Assembly: GCF_006345805.1 (NCBI RefSeq)
Contig: NC_042998.1
Location: 125,674,001 to 125,738,000 of the forward strand
Origin: Octopus sinensis
Lineage: Eukaryota
Length of the DNA stretch: 64,000 nucleotides
Reading direction: 5' to 3'
Position 1 is the stretch's first letter, and each line of letters begins with the position of its first letter. A model generated the notes under the pieces. The model saw only the letters and a list, made by a program, of their open reading frames with translations, did no database searches and had not been told where the DNA came from. The translations under genes were made by a program, and so were the position numbers. Below, one piece after another: positions 38,790 through 51,850 of the stretch.

Positions 38790-39545
38790 CAGCATGATCT
38801 CATTTGGCTTGCCGGGTCTTCTCAAGCACAGCATATTTCCAAAAGCCTCGGTCACTAGTCATTGCCTCACTGAGGCCTAATGTTCAAAGGTCGTGCTTCA
38901 CCACTTCATCCCAGGTCTTCCTGGGTCTACCTCTTCCGCAGGTTCCCTCAACCGTTAGGGTGTGGCGCTTTTTCACACAGCTATCCTCATTCATTCTTGC
39001 CACATGACCATACCAGTGCAGTCTCTCTTGCACACCACATCTGATGCTTCTTAGGTCCAACTTTTCTCTCAGGATACTTACACTCTGTCGAGTATGCACA
39101 CTGACATTACACATCCATCGGATCATACTGGCTTCATTCTTTGCGAGCTTACACATGTCCTCAGCAGTCACGGCCCATGTTTCACTGCCATGTAGCATGA
39201 CTGTTTGTACACATGCGTCATACAGTCTACCTTTTACTCTAAGTGGGAGGCCCTTTGTCAACAGCAGAGGTAAGAGCTCTCTGAACTTTGCCCAGGCTAT
39301 TCTTATTCTAGCAGCTACACTTTCAGCGCACCCTCCCCCGCTACTGACTTGGTCACTTGGAGGTAATGGAAGCTATCAACTACTTGTAGTTTTTCTCCCT
39401 GGAATGTGGTGGAAGTTGTTCTCTGTACATTTTCAGTGTTTATTGCCCCTGAGTATCTGCCACATACAAAAATTGTGGGAAGCATGGAAAGACACAGGTT
39501 GGAAATGTTATTCATAGTTCTAGGTCTGAAGCATGCAATCCTCAA
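38790..39545 (-). mobile_element. RTE-LINE 3' fragment
   Basis: ORF 38884 TKGLPLRVKGRLYDAC...LHWYGHVARM...GRGRPRKTWDEVVKHDL. Confidence 0.9.
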
Positions 39546-40032
39546 AATAAAGACATTATGAGAAATTTTGCTCATATATTGAGCTGCTCAAAGAAACTAT
39601 GAATATATGTTTTGAATTTTTTTTTCAGTGATATTTCAAATTTTCATCACTCACTTATGATAGTACATTGTTACATATTCATGAAAGTTGTATTCATTTT
39701 CTTATATTTATGCTGTTGTTTAGTGCAAGGTTAACTAATCAAGCAGACCTCTAACCCAAAACCTTCTAACTATTATCATCTTGTCTTTTTGTTTTTGGTC
39801 CAGTGTACTTGGTGTAAATATTATTTTATTAAATTCTTAATTATTTTTAGACTTAACTGGGGAAAATGTAGCATATTTCAACTGAAACATTATAACAAAA
39901 GTTTAAATTATAAGAAAGAGGATTATTTTAGGTTGGTATTGTAGTTATGCTTTGTTTCTTCTTGATTTTGCTGTTAATCATACTGTTGTTATATATCTGT
40001 ACTCCAAAGGTCAATCTCCATTAACTATAAAA

Positions 40033-40140
40033 ATGAATTTCACTCAAACGGAGAGCATCATCAAAAATATAATCAGAGAAATCAGCCAAGAATGTGTCAA
40101 TAAAGGTCACACTGTCTCAGAAACTCTAGTAGCTTTCATG
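40033..40140 (+). CDS. CFAP206: CFAP206 (C6orf165) coding exon 1
   Basis: ATG at 40033 gives MNFTQTESIIKNIIREISQECVNKGHTVSETLVAFM, matching the recalled CFAP206 N-terminus (TQAESVIRSIIREIGQEC...VSETLIAFM). Acceptor AG at 40008-40009, so a 5'-UTR exon lies upstream. Donor GTAAGT at 40141, phase 0. Confidence 0.93.
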
Positions 40141-40576
40141 GTAAGTAGTAACAGCTGTTTAATAAATTTTCATATTTTTCTTCTTTCCCTTTTCAGGTAG
40201 TGCTATACACTTCTTGTATGCGTATATAAAAAATTGTGTCATCTTTCTCCCTCGACACATTTCTCTTTCTCTCTCTCTAAATATGTGTGCATATATATAT
40301 ATATATATATTCATCCAACTCATGCTAGCATGGAAAGCGGACGTTAAACAATGCTGATGATGATGATATATATATATATATATATAAATATGTGTGTGCG
40401 TGTGCGCATGTGTGTATTTTCTACACACTTAACATCATCCATGAGTCTGTTATGAATGGGGGAGAAAAATGCTTTGTTCGTTGAAATACCCTATAAAGAA
40501 CTGCCAGTCAGTATGTTATAATGGCTGCAATGAATGACAGTCAATTTTAAATGATAAACAATATGTATATGTATAT

Positions 40577-40616
<40 letters not shown>

Positions 40617-41384
40617 ATCAAGTGAGTAATAACATACGATGGATAATTGTCAGCTCTTTACAGCTGTTTCTTACGTATCATTTTTAATAAGAGAATGAGA
40701 ACGTTACTTCATTGCAAAAAACCATAATCATCAGATGAAGCATAATTTCAAAAACAAAAGAATATCCTAAGAATACAGCAGGGATGTGAAGGCAAAAACA
40801 TTAGCATGCTAGGCGAAATGCTTAGTGGTATTTCATCTGTCTTTACGTTCTTAGTTCAAATTCTGCCAATCTCAACTTTGCCTTTCATCCATTTGGGGTC
40901 GATAAATTAAGTACCAGTTGTGTACGGAGGTCGATCTAATCCACTGGTCCTCTCCTCTAAAATTTTGGGCCTTGTGCCTAGAGTTGAAAAGAATACAGTA
41001 GCAATGTAGCTGAAGTTTGTTGAGGCCTACCATGAAATCATGATTACCATGAAATCATGATTTTATGGTAAGCTTTGACAGACTTCAGCAGCTTCCCTGC
41101 TGTGTTCTTGAGATATTCTTTTGTTTTTGAAATTATGTTTCTTCTGATGATTACAGTTTTTTGGAATGAAGTAATGGTCTGATTCTTCTATTTAAAAAAA
41201 ATGCATAACTGACAATTATTCACTTTCTGTTATTATTCATTTGATTATCATATACCATAGGGTTTCAGAACATGTTGGACACCCTGGAGTGCTTTAGACC
41301 CGCTCCAAGGCACTGAAAATTCATAGGGTCGGTTTTTCTCTGTGTACACAACTGGAATATCCTATTTGATATTTATTAACCATA

Positions 41385-41724
41385 TTATTTACATTATTTA
41401 CATTTGACAGATATTTGTCCTCATCTTGTTTGTTGTTGACACAACATTTTGGCTGATATACCCGCCAGCCTTCATCAGGTCTTGGGGAAATTTCAAACCT
41501 GGGTTCTCATACGGTTCTATATTTAAGAGATGAGGAATTATGTACATTCCTAAGGTATTTTTTGATGTTATTATTATCATTACTCATCGAACTCGGAATC
41601 TTGGGGTTAGTAGCCCGCACTCTTAACCACTATGCCATATGCCCAAGATGAGGACAAATATCCGTCAAATGTAAATAATGTAAATAATGTACATAATTCC
41701 TCATCTCTTAAATACAGAACTGTA
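41385..41724 (-). mobile_element. family A copy 2 (tRNA head + hammerhead) with inverted tail arm and 12-bp TSD
   Basis: Minus unit 41644->41385, plus-strand tail arm 41645-41724. TSD ttattaaccata (41373-41384) / ttatcaaccata (41725-41736). A-box TGGCATAGTGG and B-box-like GAGTTCGAT. Confidence 0.8.
41438..41482 (-). ncRNA. hammerhead-like motif, family A copy 2, decayed
   Basis: AGAC CTGATGA A GGCTGG-CGGGTATA-TCAGCC AAAA TGTT / GTGTC. Two CpG transitions relative to CCGAAACGTT and a 2-nt loss in stem I. Confidence 0.5.
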
Positions 41725-41814
41725 TTATCAACCATAGGCTGTGATCACAGGTTTATCCAGCCTTACCTGGAAGATATCTTTTCAAGTAACTGATTTTATC
41801 AGAATCATTATTAT

Positions 41815-41884
<70 letters not shown>

Positions 41885-42039
41885 GTATACTTGCATACAT
41901 ACTTACATATATATATAAGGCCAACACTCTAACCACTTGGCTGTGAGCTTTCATTGACATTAAATGAGATAATCCTACATGGTATGTATCTACATGGCAA
42001 TGAAACATGGGATTTGACTACAGAAGCTTGAAGGAAATT

Positions 42040-42650
42040 AAGCTAGCCTTCTCTGCTGGATGGGTAATGTTTGTGTACATGTATGACAGAGTATTAATGA
42101 TTTAAGAGAAAAATTGTGTTTAAGAGGCATTAGATGTTGTGTGCAAGAGAGAAGATTGCACTGATTTGGTGGCCTGGTCATATGATGTGTATGGATAAGG
42201 ACAGCAGCATAAAGAAGTGCCAAGCTCTAATTGTGGAGGGAACATGTAGGACAAAGTGGTGAGAAGGAATCATTGGATGCTGGGCCTCACTGAGGAAATG
42301 ATGAGGAACTTGGAGTATGGTAATTTGCTGTACTTGAGAAGATGCATAAAGCTATGTAAAATCACTGTTGCCCATTCATACATACAGGCTTGTTTGTTAC
42401 AGATGCTGGTGCCACGTAAAATGCACTTGTGCCAGCACTGCCTAAACACACCCCTGCTAGTCGCACGTAAAAAGCACACTGTAAAATGGTTGGCATTAGG
42501 AAGGGCATCCTACTGTAGAAACCATGCTACAGCTGACAATTGGGGTCTGGACAGCTCCTTGGCTGGTTAGCTCCTGTCAAACTGTTCAAGTCCATGTCAG
42601 TATGGAAAACAGACGTCAGATAGTGATGATCATCATCATGATCATGATGA
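42040..42650 (+). mobile_element. RTE 3' fragment
   Basis: C-terminal remnant plus 3'-UTR ggcattaggaagggcatcc and a GAT-type tail. Confidence 0.7.
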
Positions 42651-42950
42651 TAGAATGCAATATCTATAAATTATCATTCCTAGAGAATCTGTTGCCAGGT
42701 CAAGTGTCTTGCTCAAAGACAATATGTTTGCAGTAGATGTTTTAACCCAGACATTGATATCTCATTTTTATTTTGGCTTCTGTGATGAACCAAGCATACA
42801 AGCTTTTCAGTCTCTAACATCCTTACCTTCAGCCATTGGCACATTGTCAAACTGTGTCCTCTTCCTCTTTATTCTATAGCTACTACATCTGTTGCTTCTC
42901 TGAGCACACTTGTTTCTAAATCACTCCCACTCAAATGTATTTGATGCTTA

Positions 42951-43317
42951 TGTAAGAATTAACACTTCCTTCTCCAAGCCTAGATTCGAAACCGAATCCA
43001 AGAATTCTCGGTCGTTCAAACCACGACGATCAACAAGCACAACTGTCTGCTCCCGTCTGTCTGCTCAGTGTTGTCTGCCTCTGTATTTATAACAAACAGT
43101 GGCAGCTAGAAAGACAGACATACTGCGGCAGAGTTTGTACCAGTTGAACTTCGCCTGACATGATGAGGTCGCAGGTCAAAGGGAGATGATCAATTAATTT
43201 TTGAAAGGACAAAGAAAACCTTTTTTCGCGCCTATTGATTGTCATGGTTTGGACGACCGAGAATTCTTGGATTCGGTTTCGAATCTAGGCTTGGAGAAGG
43301 AAGTGTTAATTCTTACA
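42951..43317. mobile_element. 367-bp MITE with long TIRs (TGT...ACA termini)
   Basis: TGTAAGAATTAACACTTCCTTCTCCAAGCCTAGATTCGAAACCGAATCCAAGAATTCTCGGTCGT is mirrored perfectly at the right end, and pairing continues with mismatches to ~85 bp. No clear TSD. Confidence 0.85.
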
Positions 43318-45423
43318 CATTCATTTTTCCCCATCCTTTTCCCTTCAGTACATCTTCATCTGCCTTACTTCTGCTCTTATCTAATCTCTTTCTTCAGAGC
43401 AAGTCATTCATCATCTGAAACTCTCCTCATTCTAATAACTAACGCTTGACCTAAATTGGATGTGAACTCCATTAACCTCAATTAGCTGTTACCTCCAGCT
43501 ACCAAAATAAATTGAAAAAACCCCCTCACATGCACACGCATACACATACACACACTGACACGCAAACACACACATGGATACACATACACACACTGACACA
43601 CAAAGAAGAAAAAAAAGAGATCTGCAGGTCCTGTCCCTTTTTGTATGCATAATTAGTAAGAAAAACTGCAAAGCAAACACAACAGGCAGGGATTTGGTTA
43701 TGGTTTCTGTAACTGCTTCTTTCTTTTCAATGCGTATGTGTTAGTGTGTGTGTGTGTGTGTGTGTGCATGCGTGCATGTGTGTGCATGTGCATGCATGTG
43801 TACGAGCGTGCATGTGCATGCATGCATACGAGCGTGCATGTGCATGCATGCATGCATATGTATGCACACTCTTAGCAAATATATTTATAGATGGCCAATT
43901 CTTTTACTTGTTTCAGTCATTTGACTGTGGTCATGCTGGGATGCCACATTGAAGAATTTTAGGCAAACAAATTGACCCTTGTACTTATTCTATCAGTCTC
44001 TTTCGCTGAACTGCTAAGTTACAGGGACATAAACGCATCAATCTGCTCACAAGATTTTGGTCAGCCTGAGGCTAATAGAAGATACTTACTTGCCCAAGGT
44101 GTCACACAATGGTTACTGAACCCAGAACCATGTGACTGGGAAAACCGCTTACCGCACAACCATGCCTGTACATTTGGTATCTTCAACATCATTGACAACC
44201 GTAACTAATGACATGAACAACTCTACTACTACTACCACCACCACCACCACCACTAACAACAACAACAACAACTCTACAAAATGATAACACATTCATTTTT
44301 CTGTGAGAAAAAATAATTCTAAAAGGACTAAGCCTACACTGAGATAGATTTGCTAATTACCTTAATTAATTTTCAGTTAGTTTGGCAATTATATAATTAA
44401 GGTTGGTTCTGATGATATTGCTGATGATGAGGATAATGACGACGGCATGATGGTCGAAGTAATGGTAGCGATGAGTTGAGGTGATGGTGGTGGCAGCGGT
44501 GGTAGTAATTGTAGTTATGGTAGAGGTGATTGTGCTTGTTGTTGTAGTAGTGGTGGGGGGTGCTGCTGCTGCTGCTGATGATGATGATAATGAACATCAT
44601 CATCATTATCATCATTGTGGTGCAAATGTTGGTGACAGTGACACTAATGGTTCATTGACATTGCTGATAGTGTTGATTATGATAATGATGTTAGTGATGA
44701 TTTGTTCCCCCACCCCCCGTGTAGATGGTCTTCAATTATCATGTTTTTGTGCTGCCTGTTATTGTTGCTTTTGTTTATTTTAATCTTATTATCCAGGAGC
44801 CCGCTACACCAGTCTGGCACGGTTGAATTGTCGGTACTTATAAGATTGGTGGGTTATAATAGAATATCTGGCCATAGCCATTAGTCTGGAGAAGAGTCAG
44901 CTCTGCCAACCTGACTGTCTTTTTGAGTCACTAAATGAAGACATAGTATTTGGTAGTGTGAAGGCACATGGCTCAGTGGTTAGAATATTGGGCTTTCTAT
45001 CATGAGGTAGTGAGTTTGATTCCAGGACTGCGCTGTGTGTTGTACTCTTGAGCAAGACACTTTATTTCATGTTGCTTCAGTTGACTTCACTGTAGAAATG
45101 AGTTGCGACATCACTGGTGCCAAGCTGTATCAACCTTTACCTTTTCCTTGGTTAATATCAGCAGTGTGGAGAGGAGAGGCTGATGTACATGGGCGACTGC
45201 TGGTCTTTCATAAACAACCTTGCCCAGACTTGTGCCTTAGAGGGGAACTTTTTAGGTGCAATCCTATGGTCATTCATGACTGAAGGGGATCTTTACTCTT
45301 ACTCTATTTGGTAGTAATCTAACAATGCAACATAAGTTGTTATTTATCTTGCTTATTTTAAAGGAGTAAGGATATACATAAGTGAATGATCAAACCTATT
45401 GGCATTGATCTTGCTTATTTTAA

Positions 45424-46434
45424 CCCTTCAGCATTTAAAATGGTCATATCCAGCCCCAAAGTTTCTATCTGTTTTGTGTTCAAACTGGCCAGATCTTGCC
45501 TCTCACACCTACCCTACAATGTCAATCAAAATAAATATTCACATCACTGAAATATCAAAGCCACAAGATAATCTATAATTAATTCAAATCAATGTGAATG
45601 ATTATGTTACATTTGACAGAATGATCTGAATGCTAAAGTGTTAACCCTTTAGCATCTAATTAGGCCATATCAGGCCCAAGTATTCTACCTCTTTTATGTT
45701 CACACCAGCCAGATCTGGTCTCTCACACCTAGCCTACAATATTATTCTGAACATAAACAATCACATCATTGAAGTCTCAAAGTTAGGAGATCATGCATGA
45801 TTAATTAAATGCAATGTGAATAGATAAGTATTTGAACATTGGGCCTCACAGAGGCAATGATGAAAGACCGAGATCTCCGGAGATACGCTGTGACTGTGAA
45901 GACCCGACAAATAACATGAGTTCATGGCTGTTTCCTGCCCTAGTCCATCCAAAGTACCTTGGATCACAGAACGGCCTGCTGTGCTGACCTTGGATCGTAG
46001 GGCAACCTGCTGTGCTTGAGGAGACCTATTGAGTCAAGGACATCAATATCAAAATAAAAATAAAATGGAAATTGTAGTTGTGATACCTGTGCCGGTGGCA
46101 CATAAAAAGCACCATCCGAATGTGGCCGATGCCAGTGCCACCTTGACTGGCTTCCATGCCGGTGGCACGTAAAAAGCACCAGCTGATCGTGGTCGCTGCC
46201 AGCCTTCCCTGGCACCTGTGCCGGTGGCATGTAGTAAGCACCCACTACACTCTTGGAGTGGTTGGTGTTAGAAAGGGCATCCAGCTGTAGAAACACTGCC
46301 AGATCAGACTGGTGCCTGATGAAGCCTCCGGGCTTCCCAGATCCCGGTCGAACCGCCCAACCCATGCTAGCATGGAAAACAGACGTTAAACGATGATGAT
46401 GATGATTTGATAGAATAATCTGAAAGCTAAAGAG
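45424..46434. mobile_element. two tandem piggyBac-like MITEs sharing a TTAA, the second interrupted by an RTE 3' end
   Basis: TTAA at 45420-23, 45641-44 and 46435-38. Termini CCCTT(C/T)AGCAT...(T/A)GCTAAAG(T/A)G. RTE insert at 45836-46404 is flanked by ATTTGA on both sides. Confidence 0.75.
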
Positions 46435-46874
46435 TTAAATGAGAAGAGGGATGAGTAAGTGAATGCTCAACCTATTCACTTGTGCCCAAAATGTCTGGTA
46501 TGTATTCCCAAAAGCTAGGTGAACTCATGCAATTTAAAATTAAGTGTTTCTTATCCAGAAAAATGTAGTTTACCTAAAGCACTTTTAAACTCAACCTCTC
46601 AGTAGGTAGTTCAGTGAATAAACCACATGGCTATTTTAACTTCATGGAAATTTACTTGTCACTGAGTTATTATAGTTCACACCAAACTAGTCACCTCTTA
46701 CTGTCTTGCCATCTCTTTTTCATTACCATCTGTGCTATCAATTGAATGATTTACAAAGACTCTTTCAGCACCTGACCAGAAATGCAGTATATTACTGGAA
46801 GTGTGATATGGACTAATAACTCTGCATTTGAAAGGCTAACATCTTACTCAATTAGTCCTTTTTCTGTCCATATT

Positions 46875-46919
<45 letters not shown>

Positions 46920-48157
46920 GCGCGTGCATATGTCAGGTCCATCAACAGACTTTGGTACTTGGCGGTGCTTCAGAATATTCTGGGTGGGCAGTCATTTGTA
47001 ATAATGCTAAATGTAAATTTGAGAGTGCACCATTGAACAGTGAGGAAACAGTGCCATCCAGTGCACCTCTTAGCGACGGCATGTTGGTCAGACTTCTAAA
47101 ATGTATTGCAGGAAGATATATGTAACCTGTATTCTCTAAATCTGAGGGTGCACCATTGAATAGTGAGGGGGCAACGCCATCAAGTACCCTTAGCAATAGG
47201 CGTGGTATGTGTGTGTGCCCAAAGACCCTCAAGGGACTAGGGGTCCAATTTTCATGTATGTATTGCTATCAATAAATATCATAGGACACAGGGTAATGAT
47301 TTGCATGGAGGCCTATAATGTTGCTAAGACAGCCCTGTCACCTCCACTGATATTAGTACTCTAGCCCTGCGCTATTTGTCTTTATTTGTGCTAAAACTCT
47401 CATTCACAGTCTATTCATTTGGTACACATCATCATCATCATCATCATCAACATCAACATTTAACATCTGTTTACTATGCTACCACATGTTGGACTGCTTG
47501 ATAGGGACTGGAAAGGCCAAGGGTCACACCAGGTTCCATAGTCTGTTTTTGGTTTGATTTCTATGACTGGATGCCCTTCCTAATGCCAGCCACTCCACAG
47601 AGGGTACTGGATGCTTTTTACGTGGCTCCATCACCAGTGCTTCTTATGTGGTACCAGGACCTATACGAGCGCATTTTATGTAATATCTTGGTTTTACTAT
47701 CAGAAATAATATCTCTTCATCAAAGAATACTTCCCAAAACTTTAGAATTCCCCGCTTCGTGACAACAAACTAATTTATTCCATTTTTTAACATTTGTAAG
47801 TCTAGAATTGCTGGCGCGCGCACACACACACACACACACATGCATGCACACACATACACACACATATGCACGCACACACACACGCACACACACACGCATG
47901 CACACACACACACTGTGACAGTTTTCTTTGGCTGTTAATGTTTATTTCATTAGTAAACAATTCAGTCATAATTGACAGTATCAAACCTCACAGCTGAGAT
48001 GTTGTCATGTGGCCGAAATACTTGGGAATGTAATGTATTACAAACCTATCCTACCCGTGCCAGTATGGGTAAAACAAATACAATGACAATAATAGTGATG
48101 AAAATTGAATATGCGAATAAAAATGGATGATAATGTTAATGGTGGTAGTGGTGGATG

Positions 48158-48225
48158 TGATGATGATGATGATGATGATGATGATGACGATGACGATGAC
48201 GACGACGACGATGATGATTTTGACA
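48158..48225. repeat. (GAT)n/(GAC)n trinucleotide repeat just upstream of CFAP206 exon 2
   Basis: Direct reading of the sequence. Confidence 0.95.
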
Positions 48226-48259
48226 ATCATGTTGAAAGTGATGTGATGTTTAATTACAG

Positions 48260-48343
48260 GTGAAAGCTGTTGTTCTCAACCCAAAGCATGGTTTCAATGT
48301 TGATCGGAATCTCACTAAAGAGGACATAAACACATTAATCAAG
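48260..48343 (+). CDS. CFAP206: CFAP206 coding exon 2
   Basis: ttacAG|GTG AAA GCT...ATC AAG|GTAAGT. Encodes VKAVVLNPKHGFNVDRNLTKEDINTLIK (cf. human VKAVVLDPSNGFNMDRTLMKSDVQNLVK from memory). 84 nt, phase 0/0. Too short for the ORF track. Confidence 0.93.
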
Positions 48344-48409
48344 GTAAGTTATTTTTAAACTATAATTAACTAATAATTAGTTGGAGACATGTGATTGAGC
48401 CTGGATAGA

Positions 48410-48599
<190 letters not shown>

Positions 48600-49498
48600 G
48601 CAGTGAGTTTATGAGCTTGAGGTTGTAGTGTGTTACTCAGTAAACTTTTACCAATCAGCTGGCTTGCCTGTGTGTGTAGTGCAGGATTAGTAGCAGCCCC
48701 ATCCCAGTTATGTGAGCAGTACTCAGTAATGAGATACCAACAGCCAAATTTCCAGCTGTTTTCCTATTTAACTGGCATCCTATCTGATTGGTCCATTGCA
48801 AATCTTCTGTGTCAGGTCACTCTTACTTTTGTTATACATTGTCCAGTGAGATACAATTGAGGATTTCCTTTACAAGTAGTGAATCAATGCCAATGTTAGC
48901 TTGATGGCGGGGGCCCATCCTTCTCCAAGCTAGAATGATAGTAGGATCTGGACCCTGTTATTTACTAGCCAATGAGACACTTGTTGATTATATGATTATA
49001 GCAATTCTTCAAAATTATGGGTACTTCTCCATGGTACATATTTGTAGTGGGAGTTGAGTATTTTGTCATGGACAAAACATTGTGTCTCTTGGCTGTTCAA
49101 CAGCTTATCAACTTAACCAGCTGCACACATGCAAAACAAACACACACACACACACATACAAACACATGTGTGTATATATGTATGTGTGTGTGCAAATGTA
49201 TGTATGTATGTATGCATGTATGCATGTATGTATGTATGTATGTATGTATGTATGTATGTACATCCTTGTTCTTCAGGAAATTGAAGATGACAACTATATC
49301 TACTTGAAAATAGAATGAAATAAGCAATACATCTCATTTTTCAAGTCCGGTTGTTTCATTACACACACTCACACATTATTTTTACTTAAATATTTTAGTA
49401 AACAGAAGAATTCTTTTCAAAATTTTTGGGTTTAGTCCATTAAACTGCTTTTAAAACTATATTTAGCAGAAGAAAAACATCCTATATAAAATTATATA

Positions 49499-49530
<32 letters not shown>

Positions 49531-50599
49531 AAGCGGATGTTAAACGATGATGATGATGATATATATACATATATATAAAACCATAGAGGATAGTCAATTT
49601 GTGCAATCTGAATTGAGTCGTTATCAATCCCACCCACTCCTCAGCACCGGTGGAGGTGCATGGTTTAGTGGTTAGTGTGTTGGACTCATGATTGTAAAAC
49701 TGACGTTTCGACTCTTGGACTGGGTGATATATTGTGTTCTTGAGCAAAGCACTTCATTTCACATTGCTCCAGTCCACTCAGATGGCAAAAATGAGTAATC
49801 CTGTAACTGGCTGGCATCCTGTTCAGGTGGGTAACATATATGCCATGGAAACCGGAAACCGGCCCTTATGAGGCTATATGACTTGGGAAGGAACTTTACT
49901 TTACCCCTCAGCACTACCTTTGTGAAGGGGGTTCAAGCACATGTGCACATTGTGCTGCTCATGTATGAGCATGTTCATAGGAGAACTATGAGCTTGTATC
50001 TATACACATAATTATCCATATGTATGTATGTATGTATGTATGTTATCTATCTCTTTATATGTCTATAACTAAAAATAAGGGTGTCTGAGAGACACCACCC
50101 TTATTTTTAGTTGTAAAAAATTATTACCTTTGTATGGTATTTTTTCCCATGCTGGCCACTTGATAATATTGATATTTAAATATCGGTATTATCCTTATTT
50201 ATAAATCTTTATATGTCTATATATAGATGTCACTATATAATATTACAACCTATGAATTGTTTTATGAATGTGTAGTTACATAGGCACATGTAATGCATAT
50301 ACATAGCCTGTGGGTCCTACACGCATGTTTCTACTTGTAATGCATTGTTCATGTACACACTTGTGTGTATACATTTATGTTTATGTATATGTGTCTATAC
50401 TGTGATACTGATGGTTATTTAGAAGTATATAATATCATGGTGCATGCAATTACTTCTGTATTGCCTTCCTTCATCAATCTTACCTGTTTCTACCCCACTG
50501 CTATAGCAGTTGCTCACTCACCACAGCTTTACAGGACTGAAGGAAATGAAAATTGTTATTGTATTTCATGCACATGAACCTGCTTACACTAAGCCAAAA

Positions 50600-51850
50600 G
50601 ACCTGCTGCTCCCAGGCAAGCAGCTGCAAAGATCTTCTTTCCAGATACTGAAAACATCCCCTAACTTCTCTCCCAGCTTTCCATGTCCACAAGCTCAAGG
50701 CTGCCACAATCAACGTTGGAACAATGAAAGATAGGTCTGGTGAGATTGTTGAAATGCTTGAGCGAAGGCATGTAGCTGTGTGTTGTGGGCAAGAGGTATG
50801 ATGGAGGTTATGGAAACTCAAGGATCCTTCAAATGAGCAGAGATTTAGGGATGTCCTTAATGAAGCCTTTGATAAGAAGGAGGAAGAGATACTAACTAAT
50901 GACATTATGGGACAATCTACTGAGGGTGACAGACTAAATCTGTGGTTGGAACAAAGCTACTATCAAACAAAGGTAACATGGTAGTGAAGCAGTGAGCTCG
51001 ACTGGGCTACAAAAGAGAAGAGACAGGCTTGGAAAGAGTGGAAGAGTGGGGGTTGCAAAAAACCATATCAGATAGCTAAAAGAGAAGCTAAGCATCAGGT
51101 TTAGCTAGCTAGGGCAGAAGCAGAAGGGAAGAGGTTTGCCAATGTCTTACAGTGGGAAGATCAGACACTTGAGGTGTTCTGGATTGCCAGATAGTGTATT
51201 AGAGAGAAGTGAGATGTTGTGGGAGAGAAGTGTGTATGGACAGATAATGGTATGCTTGCTCTTAGTGATCCTAAAAAGAAAGAGATATGAAAGAGCTACT
51301 TTGAAAAGCTTTAAAATGTGGAGAATGAATTGGTGAAAGGAAGTTTTCCCCATGTGAAACCAATAGAGGGACCAGTTATCCTAGTTGACAGCCGCATGAT
51401 AAATAAGGCAATTAAAGATATGAAGACAGGGAAAGCCCCTGGGTCATTAGCAGTCACTGCTGAGATGCTTAAGGTATCTGATAGAGTTGGATATAGTCTA
51501 GTTAACCATATAGTTAATTAGGTTATTCCCTAGGGACTTGTGTAGCAGCATCATATTCATTTGCTATGAAGGACAGGGAGATACCTTAGACAGAAGTAAC
51601 TATAGAGACATCAAATTACTGGACTAGGTGATGAAAGTTGCAGAGAGAGAAAGAGTTATGACACAATTAATTAGGAACAGAATTAGACTAGATGAAATGC
51701 CGTTTGGCTTTGTCCCAGAGAGAGAGGCACCACAGATGCTATTTTCATAGTCAGGCAACTTCAAGAGAAATATTTAGCTAAAAACAAGTCATTGTGCTTG
51801 GCACTTGTTGATCTGGAGAAAGCCATGGGAACTACTATATGCTGATGATT
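50600..51850 (+). mobile_element. internally deleted RTE-LINE
   Basis: APE start ATINVGTMKDRSGEIVEMLERR...QEV, then linker and RT remnants (MINKAIKDMKTGKAPG, VDLEKA, LLYADD) with large deletions. Confidence 0.8.

Noticed and set aside
39952-40200. Track ORF start MFLLDF... as the CFAP206 N-terminus
   Set aside because: Homology begins at ATG 40033, an acceptor lies at 40008-09, and the frame leaves the exon at the GT donor at 40141.
44397-44783. His/Val/Asp-rich ORFs
   Set aside because: Translations of degenerate GAT/GGT/GCT trinucleotide repeats.
46316-46340. CTGATGA plus AGCC/GGCT stem as a hammerhead
   Set aside because: No GAAA after the stem. It is a mutated RTE 3'-UTR position (other copies read ctggtgcagcc).
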